Shown here: in pieces, positions 12,024 to 21,615 of the stretch
Numbering within the stretch: position 1 is the stretch's first letter
Layout: each line of letters starts with the position of its first letter
The notes under the pieces: model-generated
Databases searched by the model: none
Told to the model about the DNA's origin: nothing
Seen by the model: only the letters and a program-made list of their open reading frames with translations
Translations under genes and position numbers: made by a program
Source: Arenicellales bacterium
GTDB taxonomy: Bacteria; Pseudomonadota; Gammaproteobacteria; Arenicellales; CBDCFT01
Assembly (NCBI GenBank): GCA_965216735.1
Contig: OZ244198.1
Coordinates: 1,525,628 to 1,589,627 of the forward strand
DNA length: 64,000 nt
Reading direction: 5' to 3'

Positions 12024-12839
12024 ATGGACTTAACCAGCAGCGGCAGTCGCAAGGGTGTGTATATTCTGCCCAATCTGTTTACGACGGCAGGCCTTTTTTT
12101 TGGCTTTTATGCCATTGTGCATGCAACCAAGGGGCAATTCGAACATGCGGCCATTGGTATTTTAGTCGCCATGATCATGGATGGCTTGGATGGCCGGGTG
12201 GCCCGCATGACTAATACCACTAGCGAATTTGGCAAAGAGTATGACAGCCTTGCAGATGTTGTTGCGTTCGGATTAGCTCCGGCGATGGTGATCTACGAAT
12301 GGTCATTATTGGTCAGTGGGAAAGTGGGTTGGTTATGCGCATTTATCTACGTTTCCGCGACCGCGTTGCGTCTGGCCCGTTTTAATACGCAGGAGGCCAG
12401 AGATAAACGATTCTTTCAGGGTATGCCATGCCCGGCTGCGGCTGCATGTGTTGCGGCTTGGGTGTGGACGTTCTACAGCTTCGGCGTCGCCGGGCGTTCG
12501 CTGGACATTTTGTCGTTACTGCTGATGATGGTTCTGGCTCTGGCGATGGTCAGTAATATCCCATTCAAAAGCTTTAAGGATTTGGACCTCAAGGGGCGTG
12601 TTCCGTTCGTTGCGTTGATATTTCCAGTCATCATCCTAGTGACCATTTCCTTTGACCCGCCCCGAGTGTTGTTCGCGATATTCTTCTTGTATTTAATCTC
12701 CGGCCCGGCATTGTGGTGGATGCGGCGTATGGGGTGGTCGAAGGTGCCAGATATGGAAATCGAAGACGAAGAATCCGAAATACCCGGCTTTGAAACGGGC
12801 AAAACAAATTCCGACGATCAAAGGCAAAACTTGCATTGA
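12024..12839 (+). CDS. pssA: CDP-diacylglycerol--serine O-phosphatidyltransferase
   Basis: CDP-alcohol phosphatidyltransferase motif DGLDGRVAR...G...D..AD. Polytopic membrane protein. Confidence 0.88.
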   Translation: MDLTSSGSRKGVYILPNLFTTAGLFFGFYAIVHATKGQFEHAAIGILVAMIMDGLDGRVARMTNTTSEFGKEYDSLADVVAFGLAPAMVIYEWSLLVSGKVGWLCAFIYVSATALRLARFNTQEARDKRFFQGMPCPAAAACVAAWVWTFYSFGVAGRSLDILSLLLMMVLALAMVSNIPFKSFKDLDLKGRVPFVALIFPVIILVTISFDPPRVLFAIFFLYLISGPALWWMRRMGWSKVPDMEIEDEESEIPGFETGKTNSDDQRQNLH

Positions 12840-12870
12840 ACAGTCATTCGTGTCTAAACTATCGCTCATC

Positions 12871-12987
12871 ATGATAGCGACAGTTACATTAAACCGGTCT
12901 GTAGCGGTTGTGCGATACGCGCGCAACACCGTTACCTCCGCTATCGTACTACCCAGCCTGCTCCTGCTGCGCCTGTCGGCGCAATAA
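12871..12987 (+). promoter_or_regulatory. Candidate leuA leader peptide (38 codons from ATG 12871, or 25 from GTG 12910) ending ...SLLLLRLSAQ*
   Basis: Codons 12958-12975 read CTG CTC CTG CTG CGC CTG, which is five Leu in six codons. The ORF 3' end forms the hairpin TGCGCC-tgtc-GGCGCA (12968-12983). It lies in the pssA-leuA spacer. Confidence 0.45.
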
Positions 12988-13019
12988 CCTCACTCGCACA
13001 ATCTATTTGTATTTTCATT

Positions 13020-13044
13020 TGCGGCTAAATCAGCCGCAGGTTTT
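13020..13044 (+). terminator. Attenuator-type hairpin TGCGGCT-aaatc-AGCCGCA followed by GGTTTT, 27 nt upstream of the leuA ATG
   Basis: Perfect 7-bp stem (13020-13026 with 13032-13038) and a short T4 tract. Confidence 0.5.
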
Positions 13045-13071
13045 CAGTACTAGTACGTCGAGGATGATGAC

Positions 13072-14619
13072 ATGAACAAACATTTAAAAGTTTTCGATAC
13101 TACATTGCGCGATGGCGAACAGAGTCCTGGTGCATCGATGACAGCGGAGGAAAAAATGCGTATCGCGACACAACTTGAACGTATGAAAGTGGATATCATC
13201 GAAGCAGGATTTCCTGCCGCCAGTCCTGGCGATTTCGATGCGGTGCGGGCGATCGCTACCGAAATCAAAGGCAGTGTTGTATGTGGATTGGCCCGGGCGA
13301 ACGAAAACGATATCAATCGTGCTGCAGAAGCTATAAAACCAGCAGATGCCGGCCGTATCCATACCTTCATCGCTACGTCACCGATTCACATGAAAGCAAA
13401 ACTACGCATGGAACCCGATGCAGTGCTTGAACAAGCGGTACGTTCTGTTAAACAAGCCCGTCAATTTACCGACGACGTGGAGTTTTCTCCCGAAGATGCC
13501 GGGCGTTCGGAAATTGATTTTCTTTGCCGAGTGTTGGAAGCAACCATTGACGCCGGTGCTTCTACCATCAATATCCCGGATACTGTGGGTTACACCTTGC
13601 CACAACAATTTGCCGATTTGATCGAGCAGTTGATGACGCGTGTTCCGAATTCCGACAAAGCGACTTTCTCAGTGCATTGTCACAATGATTTGGGACTTGC
13701 GGTAGCCAATTCATTGGCTGCCATTGTACGTGGAGTGCGTCAGGTGGAATGCACAATTAACGGTCTCGGCGAACGGGCGGGTAATGCTTCACTGGAAGAA
13801 ATCGTCATGGCTGTTCGAACACGTCAGGATGTTTTCGAATGTGACACGAAAATTGATACGACGCATATCGTCCCGGCCAGCCGCTTAGTGTCCAATATTA
13901 CCGGTTTTGCTGTGCAACCCAACAAAGCCATAGTCGGCGCTAACGCCTTTGCTCACGAGGCAGGAATTCATCAAGACGGTGTGATCAAAAACCGTGAAAC
14001 CTATGAAATCATGCGGGCGCAGGACGTAGGTTGGACCGCAAATCGTATGGTGTTGGGCAAACACTCAGGACGTAATGCGTTTCGCGAACGTTTGAAAGAG
14101 CTCGGCTTCGAATTTAAAAACGAAAAAGAGCTGAATGACGCTTTTCAACGGTTCAAAGAATTAGCGGATAAAAAGCACGAAATCTTTGACGAGGATTTAC
14201 AAGCGCTGGTGACCGAGTCGCACAATCTTCAAGAGAACGAGAATTACAAACTGCTTACGCTCAAGGTCTGTTCTCAAACCGGCGAAACACCGGTGGCAAA
14301 TGTCACTGTTACCGACAATACCGGTGAGCACTCTGCGTCTGCCGAAGGGAGCGGACCGGTAGACGCGTCGTTTCGTGCCATCGATTCTATTGTTAAGTTG
14401 AACGCGCAACTACAATTGTATTCGGTAAATGCGATCACTAGCGGCACTGATGCGCAAGGTGAAGTCAGTGTGCGTTTGGAACATGATGGTCGTATCGTAA
14501 ATGGTCATGGCGCCGATACAGACATTGTGATTGCATCGGCTAAGGCTTACATTAACGCCATTAATAAACTGGACGAAAACGTTGCACGACAACATCCACA
14601 AACCGGTATGACTATTTAG
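13072..14619 (+). CDS. leuA: 2-isopropylmalate synthase
   Basis: [12 protein letters not shown] and [12 protein letters not shown] motifs, plus a C-terminal LeuA regulatory domain. 515 aa. Confidence 0.96.
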   Translation: MNKHLKVFDTTLRDGEQSPGASMTAEEKMRIATQLERMKVDIIEAGFPAASPGDFDAVRAIATEIKGSVVCGLARANENDINRAAEAIKPADAGRIHTFIATSPIHMKAKLRMEPDAVLEQAVRSVKQARQFTDDVEFSPEDAGRSEIDFLCRVLEATIDAGASTINIPDTVGYTLPQQFADLIEQLMTRVPNSDKATFSVHCHNDLGLAVANSLAAIVRGVRQVECTINGLGERAGNASLEEIVMAVRTRQDVFECDTKIDTTHIVPASRLVSNITGFAVQPNKAIVGANAFAHEAGIHQDGVIKNRETYEIMRAQDVGWTANRMVLGKHSGRNAFRERLKELGFEFKNEKELNDAFQRFKELADKKHEIFDEDLQALVTESHNLQENENYKLLTLKVCSQTGETPVANVTVTDNTGEHSASAEGSGPVDASFRAIDSIVKLNAQLQLYSVNAITSGTDAQGEVSVRLEHDGRIVNGHGADTDIVIASAKAYINAINKLDENVARQHPQTGMTI

Positions 14620-14648
14620 TTGAGTCATCTACTATTTGACTGGTTTTG

Positions 14649-15377
14649 ATGAATCAAAAAGATTACTTGCGCGCGATGGGCGTTGATGTGTGGCGCTCGC
14701 GTCACACTCACCGCACTATCGTAACAAATGGACAAAGTGAAATATTGACCGAAACTGAAGACAACGACGAAGTCCAGCAACAAACTATTGAGGGTGGCGG
14801 TGGGCTAAAGGATCTGGATTTGCCCGCACTTGAAAAACAGGTGAGCGAGTGTAAAAAATGTTCTTTGCACACCACCCGCACGCAAACCGTCTTTGGCGTC
14901 GGCAATCCGGCAGCAGACTGGATGTTTGTCGGTGAAGCACCTGGAGCCGAAGAAGACCGCCAAGGCATACCGTTTGTCGGCAGGGCCGGGCAGTTATTAA
15001 CTGCCATGTTGTCGGCCTTGGGTTTGCAACGTAATGATGTGTATATTGCCAACGTACTCAAATGCCGGCCACCGGGTAATCGCGACCCTGACGGTGAGGA
15101 GGTAATGCGTTGCGAGCCTTATTTATACCGGCAGGTGGAACTTATCCACCCGAAGATTATCCTCGCCTTAGGTCGTTTTGGTGCGCAATCCTTATTAAAG
15201 ACTCACGAGTCTATCGGTAAATTACGCGGTAAAAGGTATAGCTACAGCGATACGGGGATTCCACTAATCGTGACCTATCATCCCGCGTATTTATTACGCA
15301 GCCCTGGCGAAAAACGTAAGGCGTGGACTGATTTGTTGTTAGCACGCTCAATCCTGCGCGAAACTAATAATGGATGA
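14649..15377 (+). CDS. Uracil-DNA glycosylase, family 4
   Basis: CxxC (CKKCSL), [23 protein letters not shown] and a C-terminal HPAYLLR motif. It has an N-terminal extension of about 60 aa. Confidence 0.88.
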   Translation: MNQKDYLRAMGVDVWRSRHTHRTIVTNGQSEILTETEDNDEVQQQTIEGGGGLKDLDLPALEKQVSECKKCSLHTTRTQTVFGVGNPAADWMFVGEAPGAEEDRQGIPFVGRAGQLLTAMLSALGLQRNDVYIANVLKCRPPGNRDPDGEEVMRCEPYLYRQVELIHPKIILALGRFGAQSLLKTHESIGKLRGKRYSYSDTGIPLIVTYHPAYLLRSPGEKRKAWTDLLLARSILRETNNG

Positions 15378-15882
15378 ATTCGGATCTCGGCTGATTATTG
15401 AGCCGATGCACGAGAAACATGTTCCTATTGTTTCCAACATCGAAGATACGATAGCGTTAGCACCATGGAACCGGCACACCTTTCTTGCCTGTTTGCGCGC
15501 TAACTATCAGTGTCGTATCGCATTGTTGGATAGCGAAATTTGCGGTTATTGTGTGTTGTCGGTAGCCGCAGGTGAGGCGCATTTGCTGAATATTGGAGTT
15601 ACACCGGAAGTACAACATCAAGGCATAGGCAGTCGTCTTATGGCGGATATTATCATTGCGGCTCAGCGGCACGGCGCCAAGATCATTTTTCTAGAGGTAC
15701 GGGTGACGAATACTGGCGCGCAACGTTTGTATGCGCGATTCGGGTTTAGCGAAATCGGTTGCCGCACGGGCTATTACAAATCAGCCGATGGACGAGAAGA
15801 TGCCAAAGTGATGAAGCGCAGCATCACTTCGTTTACTACGGTTGATGTTTCGGATAAATGGTCAGATGTTGCTCAAGTCTGA
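15370..15882 (+). CDS. rimI: Ribosomal-protein-alanine N-acetyltransferase (GNAT)
   Basis: GNAT acetyl-CoA motif QHQGIGSRLM...A..LY..FGF. Overlaps the UDG stop by 8 nt. Confidence 0.85.
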   Translation: MDEFGSRLIIEPMHEKHVPIVSNIEDTIALAPWNRHTFLACLRANYQCRIALLDSEICGYCVLSVAAGEAHLLNIGVTPEVQHQGIGSRLMADIIIAAQRHGAKIIFLEVRVTNTGAQRLYARFGFSEIGCRTGYYKSADGREDAKVMKRSITSFTTVDVSDKWSDVAQV

Positions 15883-17341
15883 GAATATCGCTCATTTGCA
15901 GGTTATTCCAATTCGCTAAATCGGATACATCAACAGCGTAGCGACGCGCAATATTCCACAACGTATCACCTTCGCTAACTCGATATTTAACAACCACCGG
16001 ATTGGATACCGGTGAGTCGGTGGCAAACGCTGCGACTTGCTCTTCCAAGACAGTTGATCCCGGAATCAATAAGTTCTGACCAATCTTAATCAAGTCACTC
16101 TTGAGTTTATTTGCCCGGCGGATAGCGTCAATGCTGACATTGTACCGACTGGAGATACTTCCCAGTACGTCTCCCTTCGTCACCTCGTGACGCGTCCATA
16201 TTGCCCGGTTACCCGGTGCAAGTGCTTGCAAGCCGGCAATAAATTGGGCATGTGCAGCTGTGGGTATCAGCACGCGGTGCGAGCTGCCCGGTTCTGTTGC
16301 CCATCGGCGTAGCCCAGGATTCAACGCATGGATCTCCTTCTCAGGCACATCAGCTAACGCAGCCACCACACCTAGATCAAGTTGAAAACCTGCCTCGATT
16401 TCCACGAAGTAAGGTGCTTTTGGCATGGGTGGCAACTTAACGCCGTATTTGTCCGGATTTCTAATGATATTGCGCAACGCAATTAACTTCGGCACATAGC
16501 GACGGGTTTCCCCACTCATCTTTAAGTGATTGTAACCAATAGACCTATTACGTCTCTTGTTGTCTCGCCGGATACGATGAATACGATTCTCACCGGCGTT
16601 ATAGCCGGACAATGCGAGAAACCAGTCACCATCAAATTCCTGCGCCAGGAATTCAAGATAATCCAGAGCGGCGCGGGTGGAGGTGATAACATCGCGACGT
16701 CCGTCATACCAAAAGGTTTGTTTTAAGCCATACCGCTTGCCCGTTGCCGGAATAAATTGCCACAAACCGGCCGCATGAGATTTCGAATAGGCGTCATGTT
16801 TAAACGCGCTTTCCACTGCCGGTAGTAGTGCTATTTCCAGTGGCAGTCCGCGTTTATGTACTTGTTCAGTGATGTAGGGTAAATAACGTCGCGCACGTTT
16901 CAACATGCCCGACAGCAACCGTGGTTGGTGTGCATAAGCTTTTTCGAATTGACGCACATATTTGTTATCCAGTTCGGGCAGTTGAAACCCATTGCGTAGA
17001 TAACTCCACATGTCCGCTGGTTCGACTAAGGAATCCTTGGATGTTTCGGAATCAATTTTCTCGATTGCAATCGATGCCCAGGATGGTGTTTTATGTGTGT
17101 TATCCGGCAAGCGCGCCGATTCAACTTTTCGTTGGTCAACACGCGCAACCATTTTGACCGGTGGGCGAATCTTTTTTGGGTCTATGCGTGGTTGAGGCGC
17201 ATAGACTGTTATTGGGTGATTATGTGTGCCGTTATCTTTTGTAATCGGATGAAGAGATACTGATGGTGCGCACGCGGTTATCACTAGGGGTAGCAACCCA
17301 AGGGCGAAGACCGATTTTTGTTTTTCTAGACTCCCTTGCAT
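15836..17341 (-). CDS. mltD: Membrane-bound lytic murein transglycosylase D-like lipoprotein with C-terminal LysM repeats
   Basis: Lipobox LVITAC after the Met at 17341. SLT domain ES.F...A.S...A.GLWQF. Two LysM repeats (YRVSEGDTLWNIARRY and HEVTKGDVLGSISSRY). The ORF could also start at 17380. Confidence 0.88.
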   Translation of the reverse strand: MQGSLEKQKSVFALGLLPLVITACAPSVSLHPITKDNGTHNHPITVYAPQPRIDPKKIRPPVKMVARVDQRKVESARLPDNTHKTPSWASIAIEKIDSETSKDSLVEPADMWSYLRNGFQLPELDNKYVRQFEKAYAHQPRLLSGMLKRARRYLPYITEQVHKRGLPLEIALLPAVESAFKHDAYSKSHAAGLWQFIPATGKRYGLKQTFWYDGRRDVITSTRAALDYLEFLAQEFDGDWFLALSGYNAGENRIHRIRRDNKRRNRSIGYNHLKMSGETRRYVPKLIALRNIIRNPDKYGVKLPPMPKAPYFVEIEAGFQLDLGVVAALADVPEKEIHALNPGLRRWATEPGSSHRVLIPTAAHAQFIAGLQALAPGNRAIWTRHEVTKGDVLGSISSRYNVSIDAIRRANKLKSDLIKIGQNLLIPGSTVLEEQVAAFATDSPVSNPVVVKYRVSEGDTLWNIARRYAVDVSDLANWNNLQMSDILRLEQHLTIYPKHQP

Positions 17342-17480
17342 AGCGGTGGCATGGTAAGCTTTACATCGGTTTGCGGTCAAACAAACCAGATTAGCGCATA
17401 TTCGATATAGACTCAGTAGTTAAGGTGGTACTCTAAGTCACATTCCCTTCGACCATGATATTAAACAACTAAGAAACCTT

Positions 17481-18239
17481 ATGCGCACCGAAGCGTTGCA
17501 ACAACTCGAGGACTGGTTTCAAACACCCTTGGGCGCATCGATCAGATTGCAGACAGCCGAACGTCTGCACGATCTTTTGCCGCGTATGTATTACCCCGTG
17601 AGTGTGCAACTCGGGAATCCGGGAATTAATTTACTGGATCAAAATGAAAATGGTCATTGTATTTTTGTTAATACTGATTCCCACCGAATCGAAAAAGGAT
17701 TAAACGTTACTTCGCAATTTTATCAGCTACCGCTTCCAGCACGGTCGGTGGATTTGATGATCTTGCCTCACGTATTAGAGTTTGCGGCCAATCCACATCG
17801 CGTTCTACGGGAAGTGCATCAAATTATCGTTCCCGAAGGACATATTGTAATAATCGGATTTAGTCCTATCAGCTTATGGGGTGTGCGGCGTGTGGTTTCC
17901 CGTTGGCGAAAGAAAATCCCCTGGAGCGGCCGATTCTATTCGTCCGCTCGTATACAAGACTGGCTGGCCTTGTTGGATTTTGAACTACGCGCTGGTTCGA
18001 TGTTGTGTTATCGTCCGCCGATTTACAGTCGACAAATATGGCGGCACTTACAGTTTATGGAAAAAGCGGGAGAGCGTTGGTGGCCAATGTTTGGCGGTGT
18101 CTACGTATTGATTGCTCGCAAACGCGAGATGGGTATGCGTTTATTGTCTTCAGCCAGGCGCGTGCGACCGAAGTTAACACCGGGATTGGTGCGCCCCGCG
18201 GCTAGTACCAGTAATGAGCGAAGTCACGATATTCACTGA
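17481..18239 (+). CDS. Class I SAM-dependent methyltransferase (YafS-like)
   Basis: Methyltransferase_11-like segment [38 protein letters not shown]. It sits in the conserved position upstream of rnhA. Confidence 0.75.
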   Translation: MRTEALQQLEDWFQTPLGASIRLQTAERLHDLLPRMYYPVSVQLGNPGINLLDQNENGHCIFVNTDSHRIEKGLNVTSQFYQLPLPARSVDLMILPHVLEFAANPHRVLREVHQIIVPEGHIVIIGFSPISLWGVRRVVSRWRKKIPWSGRFYSSARIQDWLALLDFELRAGSMLCYRPPIYSRQIWRHLQFMEKAGERWWPMFGGVYVLIARKREMGMRLLSSARRVRPKLTPGLVRPAASTSNERSHDIH

Positions 18240-18672
18240 TGGTGCTTGTCGGGGTAACCCGGGTGTAGGTGGATGGGGTGCAGTTCTAACCAGCGGCGAT
18301 CATCGCAAGGAAATCAATGGTGTCGATCCCAATACTACTAACAATCGCATGGAATTACTGGCAGCTATTCGTGCCTTGGAAGCCTTGAAACGTCGCTCCG
18401 AAGTGCATTTGTACACAGATTCGACATATGTCAAAAAAGGTATTACCGAATGGCTAACTCACTGGAAAAAAAACAATTGGAAAACAGCCGCGCGTAAACC
18501 GGTCAAAAACGCTGAGTTGTGGCAACGGCTGGCCGAACTCGTAAAGGGGCATTCGGTGAGCTGGCATTGGATCAAAGGCCACGCCGGTCATCCAGGAAAT
18601 GAGCGGGCCGACGCGCTGGCGAATGAGGCAATCGACCAGTGGATGTCTGAACACAAGGTTTCGGCGATTTAA
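18214..18672 (+). CDS. rnhA: Ribonuclease HI
   Basis: [19 protein letters not shown] and the DEDD catalytic pattern. 152 aa. Confidence 0.95.
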   Translation: MSEVTIFTDGACRGNPGVGGWGAVLTSGDHRKEINGVDPNTTNNRMELLAAIRALEALKRRSEVHLYTDSTYVKKGITEWLTHWKKNNWKTAARKPVKNAELWQRLAELVKGHSVSWHWIKGHAGHPGNERADALANEAIDQWMSEHKVSAI

Positions 18673-18723
18673 TACATCAAAACAATCAAGTCGAAGCACA
18701 AATAAATGAGGCACAAATAAACA

Positions 18724-19443
18724 ATGCGCCAGATTGTTCTGGATACGGAAACTACCGGATTAGAGCCGGAACTCGATCATCGTATTATCGAAGTCGGTTG
18801 TGTGGAGTTGGTGAACCGGCGCAAATCGAAGAATGATTTTCAGCGTTACGTTAACCCACAACGGGATATTGATGAAGCCGCTATTGAAGTCCACGGTATT
18901 ACGAAAGAATTTCTAGCTAATAAACCACTATTCAGCGATATTGCGGAAGATCTATTGAACTACCTGCGAGACGCCGAGTTAATTATTCATAACTCCGCAT
19001 TCGATGTATCTTTTTTGAACCACGAATTGGCGCGTATCGGCTCTAATTTAAAAATTGAAGACTATTGCACCGTGACCGATACGCTCAGCATGGCACGCAA
19101 AACCTATCCTGGGCAACGTAATAGTTTGGATGCATTGTGCAAACGTTATGGTATCGATAATTCACAGCGTACTTATCATGGAGCGTTATTAGACGCGGAA
19201 ATACTGGCTGACGTCTATTTAGCGATGACCGGTGGACAAACGGCATTGACTTTGAGTTTGGATACTTCGTATCAACAAAACCCAAATAACAATTTGGGGG
19301 CGGACGTTAACGGGCCTGGGCCCGGCAAAATTATTTATGCAAATGAGGAAGAGTTACGCTCGCACGAAGCGTGGTTGGATCGTCTCGAAAAGGAATCGGG
19401 TAGTTGTATCTGGCATCAACCCGCGGAAGCTGAGTCTTCCTAA
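18724..19443 (+). CDS. dnaQ: DNA polymerase III epsilon (3'-5' proofreading exonuclease)
   Basis: Exo I VLDTETTG, Exo II HNSAFD and Exo III HGALLDAEILADVY motifs. Confidence 0.95.
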   Translation: MRQIVLDTETTGLEPELDHRIIEVGCVELVNRRKSKNDFQRYVNPQRDIDEAAIEVHGITKEFLANKPLFSDIAEDLLNYLRDAELIIHNSAFDVSFLNHELARIGSNLKIEDYCTVTDTLSMARKTYPGQRNSLDALCKRYGIDNSQRTYHGALLDAEILADVYLAMTGGQTALTLSLDTSYQQNPNNNLGADVNGPGPGKIIYANEEELRSHEAWLDRLEKESGSCIWHQPAEAESS

Positions 19444-19542
19444 ACAGACGCCGCGTTTTTAGGCGACTATCTCTTTTATTTATATTGGAGAAGTTGTCTA
19501 TGCGTTTAAAATTCCTTTGCATGGGTTGGACAAGCCGTCGTT

Positions 19543-21456
19543 ATGGAATCTAAGCTGGTCTGGTTGATATTAATTCTGTTTTTACACTGGGCTTTTTGCG
19601 TTTTTTACGGGGTTAAAGGGGCTTTCGGAATACGTACAACACAATCTTATTTCCTTGCCAATCGTGGTTTATCGCCGTGCAACTTTACGCTTGCAACAAC
19701 CGCGATGACATTGACCGCGGTATTCCTTATTGGGCACCCAGGAATGATTTACCGTTCCGGAATTCCCTACGGTTTAATTTCATTGTGTGCAATAGCAATC
19801 CCGCTGACCGGTGTGTTGTTAGTGAGACGGCAATGGATGCTAAGCAAACGCTTTGGCTACATAACACTGGGGGAGATGTTGTCGCACTATTTTGAGTCCA
19901 ATCTCATTCGCGCCCCTGTGGTACTCATTGCCTTATTGTTTGCCATTCCGTTTTTTGGATTCCAATTAGCTGTCGGTGGTTGGCTCTTAACGTCTCTTAC
20001 GAATAATGCAATCAGTGTCTCAATGGGGATGTGGTTACTAGGTGGCATCATCGCTACGTATTCGGCTATGGGTGGTCTGCGTGGGCTGGCGGAGATGGAC
20101 TCGGTTCATTGTGTTTTAATGTTACTGACGATTGTTGTGATCGGTTTGGTGATGTTGGGGTTGGCGGGTGGTGCGGAAGCACTGCACCAGATGATGCTGT
20201 CCTTGAATGTGTTTGATCCCGATTACGTGCGCGTTTCCAGTTGGTTAGACTCTGTCGCTACCACTGGATCGGGTACGGATAACGCTTGGTCGGGTACACT
20301 CATCTTGAGTCTTATCTTCGCCTTCATGGGAATCCAATTGACTCCGGGATTTACCATGCTGGGATTCGCCCATAAGAACCCGGCTACATTTGCAAATCAA
20401 CAATTAGTCGTCACTTCAGTTGTTGTGGGTTTTATATTGATCGTGTTTTCTACCATACAGGGAATGACCGGTCACTTCCTAGGCGCCGACGCCGTGGTGA
20501 CGCACCAGCAACCCCACCTGGTCAACGCGCTAATGGTTGAAGGTTTAAAAGGTAATGATTTGATGAGAACCGAGGGCATGCAAGACCGGCTTGTTCCCCA
20601 GGTACTGTTAGTTATCCAAGATTCCGCACCGTGGTTGGCGGCAGCTTTGTTGCTCGGATTGTTAGCAGGTATCCATGCCAGCGCGGTTTTTGTATTTGCA
20701 GCCGCTGTTACCGTAGTACGTGATGCGGTAGCTCCCTTCATGTCGTCAAATTTTAACTTTAGTCGACAAATCTGGTACACGCGAATATGTGTAGTTATTT
20801 TAGTTTTTGTATCTCTGATAGCCGCAAACCAACCCTATGACTCATTGATATTTGTGGCCGCCCTAGCCGGGGCTTACGCGTTGCAACTACTGCCATCGCT
20901 TGTCGCGGTGTGTTGGTGGCCGTGGCTGACGCGGCCGGGTTGTATTGCCGGCATGGTGGCGGGTGTTATTGCCGTAACATGTACGGACTCGATAGGACAG
21001 GACTGGTTCAGTATTACCGCCTGGAAACGATGGCCGTGGTCGGTCCATTCAGCCGCCTGGGGAATCGGTATTAATCTGCTAGTGACCGTACTGATATCCG
21101 CTATAAGCCAAAACAAACTACAGAGGGCGCATCGAAAAATCATTCATCGGTTTCTGTGTGAATCTTTGCAATTATCCGGTGCTAACAAGTATCTTCGTGT
21201 TATCGCCTGGATAATGGTGGTTTGTTGGTTTTATTTTGCCGTCGGACCGGGTGCTGTTATCGGCAATCACATTCTCGGATTGCCTGATCAAAATTCGCCA
21301 CAGGCAATTGGATTATTTTCACTGTGGTTATGGCAACTCATATGGTGGGCGTTGGGTGTTTATATGATTTGGTTTCTTGCTTGTAAAATGGGGTTGTCAT
21401 CACCACCAACACGCGAAATACAGCCGTTATGCGATGATATACGTGACATACGTTGA
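19543..21456 (+). CDS. Sodium:solute symporter family (SSF) transporter, substrate unknown
   Basis: 637 aa and highly hydrophobic, with about 14-15 TM segments. SSF-like YFLANRGL motif near the N-terminus. Lies directly upstream of acs. Confidence 0.85.
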   Translation: MESKLVWLILILFLHWAFCVFYGVKGAFGIRTTQSYFLANRGLSPCNFTLATTAMTLTAVFLIGHPGMIYRSGIPYGLISLCAIAIPLTGVLLVRRQWMLSKRFGYITLGEMLSHYFESNLIRAPVVLIALLFAIPFFGFQLAVGGWLLTSLTNNAISVSMGMWLLGGIIATYSAMGGLRGLAEMDSVHCVLMLLTIVVIGLVMLGLAGGAEALHQMMLSLNVFDPDYVRVSSWLDSVATTGSGTDNAWSGTLILSLIFAFMGIQLTPGFTMLGFAHKNPATFANQQLVVTSVVVGFILIVFSTIQGMTGHFLGADAVVTHQQPHLVNALMVEGLKGNDLMRTEGMQDRLVPQVLLVIQDSAPWLAAALLLGLLAGIHASAVFVFAAAVTVVRDAVAPFMSSNFNFSRQIWYTRICVVILVFVSLIAANQPYDSLIFVAALAGAYALQLLPSLVAVCWWPWLTRPGCIAGMVAGVIAVTCTDSIGQDWFSITAWKRWPWSVHSAAWGIGINLLVTVLISAISQNKLQRAHRKIIHRFLCESLQLSGANKYLRVIAWIMVVCWFYFAVGPGAVIGNHILGLPDQNSPQAIGLFSLWLWQLIWWALGVYMIWFLACKMGLSSPPTREIQPLCDDIRDIR

Positions 21457-21615
21457 ACCAGCATGAAATGCACTCGCGTCGTGACCGTGTTATAACTAGT
21501 CTTAGCAAACAACGTGTTTAGCGACACACAAACCATGATCTCAAAAATAAATCAAAGTGCTTAAATAACCGCCATAATACAATTAATTATTGGAAATAAT
21601 TAAAGGAGAATCTAA

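Noticed and set aside
12790-12987. 65-aa ORF spanning the pssA 3' end and the spacer
   Set aside because: Its 5' part overlaps pssA in another frame and has no SD. Only the 3' portion, with the Leu-codon run, is interesting, and it is treated as a leader-peptide candidate instead.
19444-19542. Looked for a tRNA after dnaQ (E. coli has aspV there), and for tRNA, rRNA, tmRNA, RNase P or 6S genes in all spacers
   Set aside because: No cloverleaf-compatible sequence or T-loop GGTTCGA motif occurs in any intergenic region. All occurrences of similar strings are inside CDSs.
21515-21530. CRP-like palindrome TGTTT-agcgac-ACACA about 100 nt upstream of acs
   Set aside because: It matches only about 7 of the 10 consensus half-site positions (TGTGA-N6-TCACA). 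It cannot be distinguished from chance without a position weight matrix scan or conservation data.
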